From assembly GCA_965644295.1 (NCBI GenBank), contig CBFFRP010000616.1, positions 124,001 through 188,000 of the forward strand: 64,000 nucleotides of DNA, written 5' to 3'. A program made the translations under genes and the position numbers. Position 1 is the first letter of the stretch. The number at the start of each line of letters is the position of its first letter. Below, in pieces: positions 28,501-40,500 of the stretch. Source of the stretch: Paraphysomonas bandaiensis (Eukaryota > Protista > Chrysophyceae). A model generated the notes under the pieces. That model was given only the letters and a program-made list of their open reading frames with translations. It did not search any database and had not been told where the DNA came from.

Positions 28501-31500
28501 GTCGCAGTGGATCCGTTGACATTTCTGTTGGTGAGAGTGCTGGAATGTCGGAAAGTGGGGCTGTGTCGATACGAGGTGGTGAATCTATGGGAGGTGGTCT
28601 TGGAGGCGAGGTGCTAGTTGAGGCTGGGTCTTCTACGATAGGTTCAGGCAGTGGTGGGTCGCTGGTACTTCGTGGTGGGGCATCTAGTGATGGTGTGGGT
28701 GGTGGCGTTGCGATTTCCAGTGGTACGAGTGCCTCTGGTGCTAGTGGTTCTGTGACAGTTTCGAGTTCTACAGGGGACGTTTCTAGCGGCTCTGTGTTCG
28801 TCAGTAGTGGTGACTCGTTTAAATCTTCAGCTGGTGATATCGTTCTCTCTGCTGGATCTAGCCATGTAGATAGCAAAGGTGGCGCTATCCGTGTGGAGTC
28901 TGGAGCTGGATCTGAAGGTTCTGATGTTTTAATAGCTGCTGGTCTAGGAACGTCATTGGACGGAGGATCTGTCATTGTTACTAGTGGTGGAAGTAGTTCA
29001 AAGAGTGGTGGTGTGGTTCTAACATCACTCGGTGGTAGTGGTGCAAGTGGTTCGATTGAGATTGGAAGTGGATCCTCTGCTTTAGAATCTGGCACTATTT
29101 CTTTATCCAGTGGTTCTAGTGAATCCGGATCTGCGGGTGATATTTCTTTGGCAGGCGGCTCGGGATATTCAGTCTACGGGTCATCGATTGCTGTCCAAGG
29201 CGGAGATAGCTTACATTCCACTGGAACTGGAGGTGTGCTCTCATTGTCGGCAGGATCTGGCAATATTGGAGGTGATATTAGTGTTAAGGGCGGAAGTGGT
29301 TTGACAGACCGTGCCGGCTCTGTTACCATCGCATCTGGTTGGTCAGCATCCGGGAGTGGCGATGTAGTTATGGAAGGTGGATCCACTGATTTGGGCCGTG
29401 GTGGTGACATTGCTATCAAGGCAGGGTCATCCAGCAAGGACAAGGGTGGTGATCTATCCATTTTGAGCGGTGAGAGCTCGTCTTCATCTAGTGGATCTTT
29501 ACTTCTGGCTTCGGCATCTACTGCCGCTTCAAGTGGTGACATTTCGCTGATAACTGGTACATCGAGCGCGGGGTCATCTGGTTCTATCTTTATATCAAGT
29601 AGTTCTGGTGTCACAGGCGTTGGCGGTATCACACTGTCAGTGGGTACTGCTTCTGATGGTAGCGGTAGTGATATGTTTTCCACGGCAGGTAGTGGTCATA
29701 TTGTTGGTGGCGACGTCTCGGTGTTCGCTGGGTCTGGGGAGTCTGGTCACGGAGGTAGTATCAGCATGACAAGTGGTAGTAGTGCTTCAAGCGAATCTAC
29801 TGGAGGTTTGGTCAGGGTAGAATCGGCTAGCAGTAGTGGCTATAGTGGTGATGTCTCGCTCACAAGTGGATCATCTGGTGCATCATCGGGTAAAGTAGTG
29901 TTATCCAGTGGAAGCGGTGAAACATCTGGAAGTGTGTCGGTATTATCAGGGGTTAGCACATCTGGTCCAGGATCTATGGTGGTTGTTCGAGCTGGGGAGT
30001 CTACAGAGAACCGCGGTGGTGACTTGTTGCTTAATAGTGGCGCAGGTGCTGTGGGGGGATCCATTATTGTCGGTTCAGGATTAAGTAGCAACGGTCCAGG
30101 TGGCGATGTATCGATTTCAAGCGGTGATGGCTCTGGTGTTTCTGCAGGAGGAAATGTACTAATTGAATCTGGCTCCTCTCATAGTGGTGATTTTGGTGGT
30201 TCACTAGAGGTAATTGGTGGTTCTGCTCCTGTTGGAGTCGGCGGCTCTATTTCAGTGTTATCAGGTTCATCTGTAGATGGTGAGAGCGGTTCGGCAATTC
30301 TGGGCAGTGGTTCTAGTAGCACAGGGACCAGTGGAAGTGTGAGAGTATCGTCGTCAGTTGCAGCTGGCAGTGGTGCTGTCGAGATATCAAGTGGTGAATC
30401 ATTGCTTGGTAGTGCAGGTGATGTTTTGTTGTCTGTCGGAGTTAGTACCAGTGGTGATGGTGGATCGCTTGTTGCCACTGCTGGTTCAGGAGAACGTGGT
30501 GGAAGTGCTGTTATTACTGGTGGTGAGGGAGAGTCTATTGGTGGTTCGCTTGTTCTAGGAAGTGGGGCGTCTCTGTCTGGCCCCAGTGGTAGTGCTCAGT
30601 TTTTTTCTGGTGATGGTGTTCTTTCTGGTTCTTTCTCAGTTGGAAGTGGCACTGTTTTATATGACTCGGGTGCCGTGACCGTAGGAAGCGGAGATTCTTC
30701 TTCCGGACAGGCTGGTACTGTCAGTGTGCGCAGTGGATCATCTCTCAAAGGGTCTCAAGTGGAACTTGTTGCTGGGGATTCCAAAGGAGAAGGTGCTCCT
30801 GGTGGAAGTTTGTTCTTCGGGAGTGGTGGTGGTGATCTAGGTGGCATGATATCCATTGTTAGTGGTTCTGGTCTTAAAGGTGCTGCTGGTGATATTGAGA
30901 TGAGAATTGGTGATACATTGGGGCTGAGTCGTGGTGGAACTATAGCTATGCGAGGCGGATCTTCGCGTGGAGGTAATGGTGGAAACATCGCCATTTTTGG
31001 TGGTGAAAGCTTTTCTGAAACTGGATATGCGGGTGATATTGAAGTTTCAGGTGGTGAGAATTCTGCCACTGGCAGAGGTGGTAATGTAGGCGTATCTGGA
31101 GGTAGATCTGTAGGTGGTATGAGTGGCGACGTTGGTGTTTACTCCCAGTCCTCTTCGACACAAAGTGGAGGAATTGATATTACTAGTGGAAGGTCGGCTC
31201 AGTCAGGTGGCATTCATGTGCAGTCTGGTGATGCCACTGTTCGCAGCGGTGATGTAGTCTTGAACACGGGAGATGCTACGAACAGTGGCAATGTAATAAT
31301 TAGTGCAGGGCATGGAGATTCTGGGGGTATGATTTCATATTTCTCTGGTCGATCTGCGACTGCAAGCGGTGGTGACATGACTCTTTTTAGTGGCGATAGC
31401 ATTGCTCCTGGCCAAAGTAGTGGTCAGGCTGTGTTTGGTTCTGCATCTTCGCACGTATCTAGTGGTTCGATTGTTGTCTCCTCTGGTTCATCTAGCTCCG

Positions 31501-34500
31501 GTTCTAGTGGTTCTGTATTCATTGGTAGTGGTGACAGTGCGGCATCCATGGCTGGTGGCGTTACATTATCTGCGGGTGCTGGTGTATCCGATATTGGTGC
31601 CAGTGTTTCTGTTCATGCTGGTGACTCGATGGCCCAGTCTAGTGTAGGAGGCGAGTTGTCACTATTAAGTGGTTCTGGTTCTTCTGGTGGCGATGTGATG
31701 ATTGAAAGTGGCAAAGGTTCACTATCTAAGGGTGGATCTATTGCTATCAATGCTGGTAAGTCTGACGATGGCACTGGAGGGTCGATTGAAGTTGGTAGTG
31801 GTAGCTCTGATGGTGGCCTCGGTGGTTTGTTGTCGTTAACTGGGGGCGACTCATTTGCATCTATTGGTGGCGATGTTTTATTATCTTCCGGAGATTCCAT
31901 GAACGATGTGAGTGGATCGGTTCGTTTAGTAAGTGGCAAATCTTTGAACGGCCTTACAAGTGGTGGTGTCACCCTCGGAACCAGTGGATCCATAATGGGA
32001 GCTACAGGTGACTTGATGCTTTCCACTGGTGGACTTAGCTCCGGAACATCTGGTAGTGTATCTGTAGAGACTGGTGGCGGTGGTGATGTTGGTGGCGACA
32101 TATCTATGTCTGCAGGCGATGCCATTGAAGGTGGCAGTGTACAAGTACGTGGTGGCGCTGCATCTACTGGTGAGTCAGGTATATTGACCCTTGTCAGTGG
32201 GGCTTCATCGTCAACAGGGGGCGTGAGTGGATCGGTGGATATATCATCTGGATCGAGCAAAGGTTCAAGTGGGTCAGTGCGTATTCGCAGTGGTGAATCT
32301 GAGTTGCACAGTGGCTCTGTTATTTTGGCCACTTCAGATAGCTCTTTGGGTTCGGCTGGATCTATTTCGTTAAATACTGGTGAAAGTTCATCCGTAGTGG
32401 GTGCGGGTATATCTGTTCATGCCGGTGGATCATCTCTCGCCGAAGGGGTTGGTGGTGGTGTGTCGCTTCTTGGTGGTGAAGCTTCCCATGGTGGTGATAT
32501 TATCCTCCGTTCTGGTGTCGGTGTTATCGGTCGCAGTGGATCCGTTGACATTTCTGTTGGTGAGAGTGCTGGAATGTCGGAAAGTGGGGCTGTGTCGATA
32601 CGAGGTGGTGAATCTATGGGAGGTGGTCTTGGAGGCGAGGTGCTAGTTGAGGCTGGGTCTTCTACGATAGGTTCAGGCAGTGGTGGGTCGCTGGTACTTC
32701 GTGGTGGGGCATCTAGTGATGGTGTGGGTGGTGGCGTTGCGATTTCCAGTGGTACGAGTGCCTCTGGTGCTAGTGGTTCTGTGACAGTTTCGAGTTCTAC
32801 AGGGGACGTTTCTAGCGGCTCTGTGTTCGTCAGTAGTGGTGACTCGTTTAAATCTTCAGCTGGTGATATCGTTCTCTCTGCTGGATCTAGCCATGTAGAT
32901 AGCAAAGGTGGCGCTATCCGTGTGGAGTCTGGAGCTGGATCTGAAGGTTCTGATGTTTTAATAGCTGCTGGTCTAGGAACGTCATTGGACGGAGGATCTG
33001 TCATTGTTACTAGTGGTGGAAGTAGTTCAAAGAGTGGTGGTGTGGTTCTAACATCACTCGGTGGTAGTGGTGCAAGTGGTTCGATTGAGATTGGAAGTGG
33101 ATCCTCTGCTTTAGAATCTGGCACTATTTCTTTATCCAGTGGTGATTCTGTGGGCTCTTCAGGTGCCATTGTTTTGGAAAGTGGGAGCAGTTCTATGTCT
33201 TCTGCTGGCTCTGTTTCTTTACAGGCTGGTACCAGTATTGGGCATGAGGGTGCTAGTTTAAAGCTATCTTCTGGACATTCACTTGTGAGTTCTCAGTCTG
33301 GTGGTCATGTTTCTCTTGCTGCAAGTGATGGTGCTTATGGGGGGTCGATTAAGATACAAAGTGGAACTGGGTCCAATGGGGCCTCTGGTGATATTGTTGT
33401 TTCTGCGGCCTCAAGTGAATCGGATAAAGGTGGATCTGTTTCATTTACTGGTGGATCCTCCCAATCTGATAATGGTGGGGATGTCACCGTATCTTCCGGA
33501 TTTGGCCGAAAAGGTGGGATCACTAGAATCTCTGCTGGCGCATCTAGTGGTTCAGATGGTGGTGAAGTGTTGATAGCAGGTGGCGGAAGTGACATGACAG
33601 TTGGTGGTACTCTCCGGCTTAGATCTGGTATTGGCTTTACTGCGTCAGGAGGCATTGAAATAGGTTCCCCGGTATCGTCCAGTGGAAGTTCCGGGTCTAT
33701 GACTGTGTCGACTGGGGACTCCAGTGATGAATCTGGCAGTTTATTTTTAGCTGTAGGTTCAAGTGCGCATGGTGTTGGCGGATCTGTCGTCGTCAGTTCT
33801 GGTGAGGGGCATATAGGTGGTAATGTAGATATTGGTGGTGGTCGGGGTTTGGACAGTTCTGGTGGAGGAGTAGAAGTACGGAGTGGTGATTCTGCTGATG
33901 CCACATCGTCTTCTGGAGACATTACCTTTTATTCTGCAGATACTTCATCGTCATCTGGTAAAGTGCTAATTAGCACGGGGAAGTCGTTTAGTGCTTCGTC
34001 TGGTGCAGTGTTTGTTGGGAGTGGGGATAGTAACGATTTGACTGGAGAAGTGGCAGTCGTGGGTGGTTCTAGTAGTGGTGTTGGGCAATCGAGCTTAACT
34101 TTGTCAGGTGGTAGTTCTCTCAGTGGTAAAGGAGGTAGTGTGCGGCTCGGTAGTGGTTATGGTACGGAAGGAGGTGATGTTTTTGTCAGAAGTTCTGGTG
34201 CATCTGCGGGCCGTTCTGGTGACGTTAGAGTTAGTGTTGGTGACAGCAGTGAGCTTTTCTCTGGCGGAGTCGTGGAGGTTCGTAGTGGACATTCTCTTGC
34301 TGGCGAAAGTGCTGGTGGGATTGATATGAAAGCTGGTTCCGGTATGTCTGCTGTGGGTGGCTCATTTGGAATTTCTGGAGGAGCATCATCGGACTCTATG
34401 GGTGGTTCTGTGATCATATCCAGTGGTAAAGGTGGTGATAAAAGTAGTGGAGAAATCTTGATGAAAACAACTGATGGAATTTCGAGTGGTGATATTGGAA

Positions 34501-37500
34501 TTAGTAGTGGTCATTCGTCCCTTGGCAAGGCTGGGGACATTACTTTGGATGTCGGTGATTCAAGTCACACTGTTGGAGGTGGAATAGAAATGTCCGCAGG
34601 AAATGGGTTGTCTGGCGGTCGCATTGACCTGTCGGGTGGTCATGCTGTTGAATCTAATGGTGGTTCAATTTCCGCTCGTAGTGGAACCAGTACTACGTTT
34701 GGAACTGGGGATGTACATATCGCATCGGCAGATGGAAAGTTGTCAACTGGTGATGTAGTTATGTCCAGCGGAATATCATCGCATGGAACTTCTGGAATGG
34801 TGACTTTGAGAAGTGGATCGAGCGATTCGTCCTCTGCAGGCGCTGTCAATATTTTTGCAGGGTCTAGTGAAGCGACATACGGGGCGTATGTCTCCATTGC
34901 TGCTGGCGATGCACTCATGGACAGTGGAATTGGAGGCACCCTTTCAATTATGGGGGGCTCTGGTGGTAGTGGTGGTGATGTTAGTATATCTGGTTCTGCA
35001 GGGAGTGATGTGGATGGTGGAAATGTCCGACTAAGAGGAGGATCTGGTGTGAAAAATGGAGGAGTTTTGGAAATGACATCAGGGGATTCCACCGCTAGTG
35101 GTCGAGGTGGTGAAGCTTCGGTGAATGCTGGTGCTGGATTCAGCGGTGGATCAGTGCAGTTACGTGCCGGGGATATATTAGGGACTGGTGGTGGCACGGT
35201 CTCCTTGTCTAGTGGCTCGTCCAGTGTTGAAAGTGGTGGCATTTTGCTCTCTACTTCAAGTTCTGAGATTTCCAGTGGTACAATTGCTATTCAGTCTGGT
35301 GATGGTCTAAGTGGCAGTTCGGGTGATGTTGTAGTAACAACCGGGACTTCAGATCATGGAGGTGGCGATATAATGTTGTCTGTTGGGTCCAGTGGTGATG
35401 GCAGTTATCGAGGTGCATCAATTTCTATGGCTTCTACAAGGAATTCTTTAAGTGATGGTGGTTTTGTAAGTATTACTGGTGGGACTGGAAATTCTGTGGC
35501 AGTTATCAGTGGTGATGGTTCCACAACTGCAGCTGAAAGAAGTGGAGTACTTCTCTTGGCATCGGCCTCGAGTGCGTCATCTGGATCTGTATCTTTAGGA
35601 AGCGGTTTCGCTTCAAGTGGGTTGTCTGGTGAAGTCAAAATTGGATCTGGTGACAGTACTGATGGGAAAGCAGGAGATGTTGCTGTCATCTCAGGGGATA
35701 GTATGACGAGTGGTGGAGATGTATATCTTAATGCTGGCGGTTCAAGAGGTGAGAGTGGGGGCAACACATACATCAGTGCTGGAAAAGGTAGTTCTGGTGG
35801 CAGTGTTAGTATTTATAGTGGTGCTGGTGAAGCTGGAACTAGTGGTGATATAGCTGTTGCTGTTGGCAGCAGTACTGGATCTTTTCAATCTGGAGATATT
35901 TCTCTAGCTGGTGGTCAATCTGAAACGTCTTCTGGTGGCTTTATTTTGATTCAGGGGTCTGCTAGCGGCAGCGTTGACGTTAGTGGTGGGGTGTCATCAG
36001 AAGATAGTACTGGTGGTGCGGTCCTTATTAGTAGCGGCTTAAGCCACGGCGGTCCAAGCGGAACTGTATTGCTTTCTTCTTCGTCTGGACAGTTTAGTAG
36101 TGGCGATGTGATTGTTGCTACTGGATCTTCTGAAGTTGGATCCGCGGGCTCTATTGCTCTTTCTGCTGGTAATAGCGATGGCATAGACAGCAGCGGTTCC
36201 GCCGTATCTGTCACTGCAGGATCTGGTGCTCAAGGAGGGGATATAAATATTTCTGGCGGATCAGGGTATCACGATCGGGGAGGAACTGCTCTTATTTTAG
36301 GAGGAAGCAGTAGTTCGTCTAATTCTGCTGGCGGAGATGCTGTATTGCGTTCGGGATTTTCGTCTTTCTCTAGCGGTGAAGTTATTGTGGAAAGTGGCAA
36401 TTCGGATGGAACTACGGGAGCCGTACGAATATCATCGGGTGCTTCCCTATCTCGTGCCGGAAAGATTGAAATACAATCTGGAGAAAGTGTGCATCAAGAA
36501 GGTGCGGATGCAACCCTGTCGGCTGGAAGTGATAGTTCAGTGTCAGAACGGGGCGGTACGGCTCGTGTGTTTGGTGGTAGTGGTTCTAGTGGAGGAGGTG
36601 TAATCTTGGAGAGTGGTAGAGGTGTTGACAAAGCCTCCGGATCTATTGTTATTGCGGTTTCTGAGTCGTTGGGCGCTTTTGGAAGCGGTGATGTCTTGAT
36701 GCAAGGCGGTCAAGTGCGAGAAGGAAATGGTGGGGCTGTCAGGATTGCAGGCGGTTATTCATCTTCCAGTGGGCCTGGTGGTGATGTTTCAATTTCCAGT
36801 GGGTCGTCTTTCGATGGCGAGAGTGGGGCTATTCGCGTCCAGTCATCTTCTGCTTTCAACTCTGGAGATGTTTCTGTTGGGACTGGTGATAGTTTGGCAC
36901 CGTCTGGATCAATTCTGTTGTCTACTGGGCAGTCAGAGGATGGTACGTCAGGTGGCATCGACATTAGCATAGGTGACAGTGATAAAAATGGTGGTGGTAT
37001 ATCCCTTAGCGGTGGGCTTGGTACTGGTAAAGGTGGGGATGTTACCTTAAATGCTGGGAGGAGCGCTAACGGTGTTGGTGGCTCTCTCATATTTTCAAGC
37101 GGTGGGACTGATACAACTAATACGAGTGGCTCTGTTTATATTCATACTGAGTCTTCTAGCTCCTCCGGTGGAGTGTATATTTCCAGTGGAGCGTCAACGA
37201 CCTTTGAATCTGGCTCGGTTGTCATAAATAGTGGTGATATGGTGCAAGCGGAAGCTTTGTCTACGGGTGCCTCACTCATATCAGGAAGTTCACTTCATAG
37301 CAGTGGCGTCAGCACATTAGTTGGTGGAGGTAGATCTGAATTTTCTGACGGTGTGGGTGGAAGTGTCTTGATTACAAGTGGTAGCGGAAGTACAGGTGGT
37401 GATATTGCTGTGTATAGCGGTGATGGGAAGAACGGTGGGTCAATTTTGTTGTCTTCCAGTGGAGGAAATATTGATATAGACTCGGGGGTGTCTGCAACAA

Positions 37501-40500
37501 CTGGCGGGACTGTGTCACTTCGTGGTGGCGAAAGCATTCGTAAAGGGGGTGATGCTACTGTGTCGGCTGGATGGTCTCATGAAGATTCTGGTGGCTCCAC
37601 TGTAATATCTAGTGGCTCGAGTGTTTCGTCGTCGAGTGGACTCATATCAATTTACTCAGAGGCCGCTCCGCTTTACAGTGGGGATATTGTTTTGTCTAGT
37701 GGTTCTGCTGTATTTGGTGATTCTGGATCGGTGTATATATCCTCAGGTTCTTCTGCGAAATCTTCTACTGGTGTCGTTGCCATTAGTTCTGGTTATAGTG
37801 TCAGCGAGCGCGGTGGTGATATGGTTTTGTCCGCTGGCTCAGGTGGTTTGGGAGGCAATGTGGTATTGTCTTCTGGCGAGGCAACAGATTCTGTGGAAAG
37901 TGGATCGATGTCAGTACGGAGTTCATCTCGTGGTAAAGCTGTATTTGGTTCTAGCATTGCAACGTCTGGATTTAGCGGTGATGTCTCAGTCGATAGTGGA
38001 GATGCTAAGCTGGAATCGGGCGATGTTAGGTTAAGATCCGGTGATAGTGTGGATTCATCTGCAGGATTTGTGTCTGTGGTAGCCGGTACTAGCTCATCAA
38101 GTGGTGGTGCAAGTGTGAGACTCATTGGAGGAAAAAGCAGCGGCAATGTAGGGGGCAACGTATTCGTTGCTGGTGGTGATGGTGTGCGTGGTGGTGATAT
38201 GGAGCTTTCTAGCGGTGATGGTTTTGGAGATTCCAGTGGAAATTTGTCGCTACTCGTACCCGGTGGAACGGATTCCATTGAAACGGGTTCTATACTTTTG
38301 AGTGTTGGTCCCGCCGAAAAAGCACCCGGTTCTATTTTCTTGTCTTCAGGTTCATCATTGGGTGGCGGGTCTGTGACTGGGAATATTGATGTCGCCAGTG
38401 GGGACTCAGTTGATGGAATTGGCGGGAGTGTGTCGATGTTCAGTGGATCAAGTAGAATAGGGAATAGCGGTAAAATGCGCTTGGCAACATCATCTGGTGA
38501 TAGTTCAGGCGATTTACTTATTAATTCTGGTGATGCCATTTCTGGCCAAGTTGGTGCTATTCTTCTTTCTGGTGGTCAAAGTAAATCTGAAACTGGCGAT
38601 GGTGGTGTAGTATCTCTTCACGGTGGTCATGGATATCGAGGCGGATCGACTACTATTGATGGGGGCGAGGGTGATTTCGGCGGTGAACTTAATCTTTCCG
38701 GAGGAACAGGTGTTTTCGAAGGAGGTAGTGTATCAATTGCCTCTGCTACTGGTTTATCGAGTGGGTCAGTATCTATTAGATCTGGTTCTTCTGGAGGTAT
38801 TTCAGGTGATGTGGTTTTGGAGAGTGGTGACTCATCTGACGCGACATCGGGTGCTATTCGACTGAAAGTTGGTAGTAGTCTGAGTTCCGGCTCCGATGTT
38901 CATGTTGCAGCAGGTGTTTCGACTCAGTCGACAGGTGGTAGCGCAATAATAGCTGCTGGTGATGGTGTTAACGGGGGGGATGTTGTGATAAAAAGTGGTC
39001 GTGGAAGTAGTGGACACTCAGGCGGTGTGGATGTTAGTGTTCCAAGTACTGGGGCTAGTTCTGGCGGTGGGATTACCTTTCGGTCTGGAAATTCTGAAAT
39101 TGGTGGTGGTGGAAGTATTGCTCTTACAGGCGGTGCGAATGCCGAAACCTCTGATACAGTTGGCGGTGCTGTGAGTGTTCATGGTGGTTTCAATTCTGGC
39201 CGAGTTTCTATTATGTCAGGGTCTTCGTTGTCTGGAGGTGGAGGAGCAGTTGTATTGGAAACCCCAGAGTCTGCTCAAAGCGGGGATATATCCCTAGTGA
39301 CCGGGAAGGCGTCGCAGAAATCTGGTTCTGTACGTGTATTATCTGGGCCATCAGGATATACTGATGGCGGTAGTGTAAGCATTGGTGGTGGCGGAAGCGA
39401 TGGACATGATTCGTCAGGGGGGGGTATATCCCTGATTGCTGGATATGGAAGTACAGGTGGAGCTGTTGTCGTTAACGGAGGTCTTGGTACTTCTAGTATT
39501 GGAGGTAGCGTTTACCTTAGTGGTGGTAGTGGAATGAGCGCTGATATTGCGAGTGGTAGTGTTGATATTCTTACCTCGCAGTCATCATCTGGAACAGGAG
39601 CTATTTCATTGCTTAGTGGTGACAGTAGATTTTCGTCTTCTGGATCAATTGCAATTCGATCTGGAAGCAGCCATGAAGCATCGTCTGGTGATATAGCGAT
39701 TGTTGGTGGCACGAGTGGAGGTGTAGCAGTGGGATCATCAGTTACAGTGTCTGCAGGTGATAGCAGTATCACCAGTGGTGGAAAAGCTCTTATTTCAGGC
39801 GGAAATGGTGCTGTTGGAGGTGAGGTTGCTGTTGGAGGTGGCTTGGGTCATGATAGCACAAGTGGTTCTATAAGCCTGTCATCTGTTGAGTCAAGTAGTG
39901 GTAGTTCTGTATCAATCAAATCTGGTATGTCGTTTATCGGGGATAGTGGAAGGGTGTCTATTAGCGCCGGAGAGTCATTAAGTGGTGCCGGTGGCATCAT
40001 TGATTTGGTAGGCTATTCGAGTGCTCATGGCTCGGGGGCTGTCAACGTTGTTGGTGGCTCGGTATCAATTTCTTCCGACTCAAGCAGTTCTTTGAGTACT
40101 GTAGATATTAGCTCTGGCTCGTCAACCGGAAACACTGGTGATGTTAGAGTTGCCACTGGGTCGAGTATGATTGGCAATTCGGGTACCATCATACTATCAG
40201 TCGGTTCAACGTCAGTTTCGTCGGGACCAGCGTTATCGCTAGGTGACGATTCTAATGATGCTAAAGGCATAATTATGTCTGCAGCAGTTTCGAGTAGTGA
40301 AAATGGTGGTTCTGTTACAGTGAGTAGTGGTGGTAGTGCATCATCTGCTGATACCGGGGGGGGTATATATCTCCGTACAGGTATGTCTACATCTGTTAGT
40401 GGACCCGTAAAATTGTTCAGTGGTACTGCTTCATTTTCTTCTGGAGTTGTGTCTGTTGCAAGTGGACAATCAAATGAGAATAGTGGAAATGTTGTTGTAT

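Noticed and set aside
17535-30544. Mobile element or LTR-type direct repeats
   Set aside because: There is no transposase, integrase or RT sequence, and no terminal inverted repeats or target-site duplications. The repeats are in-frame parts of the CDS.
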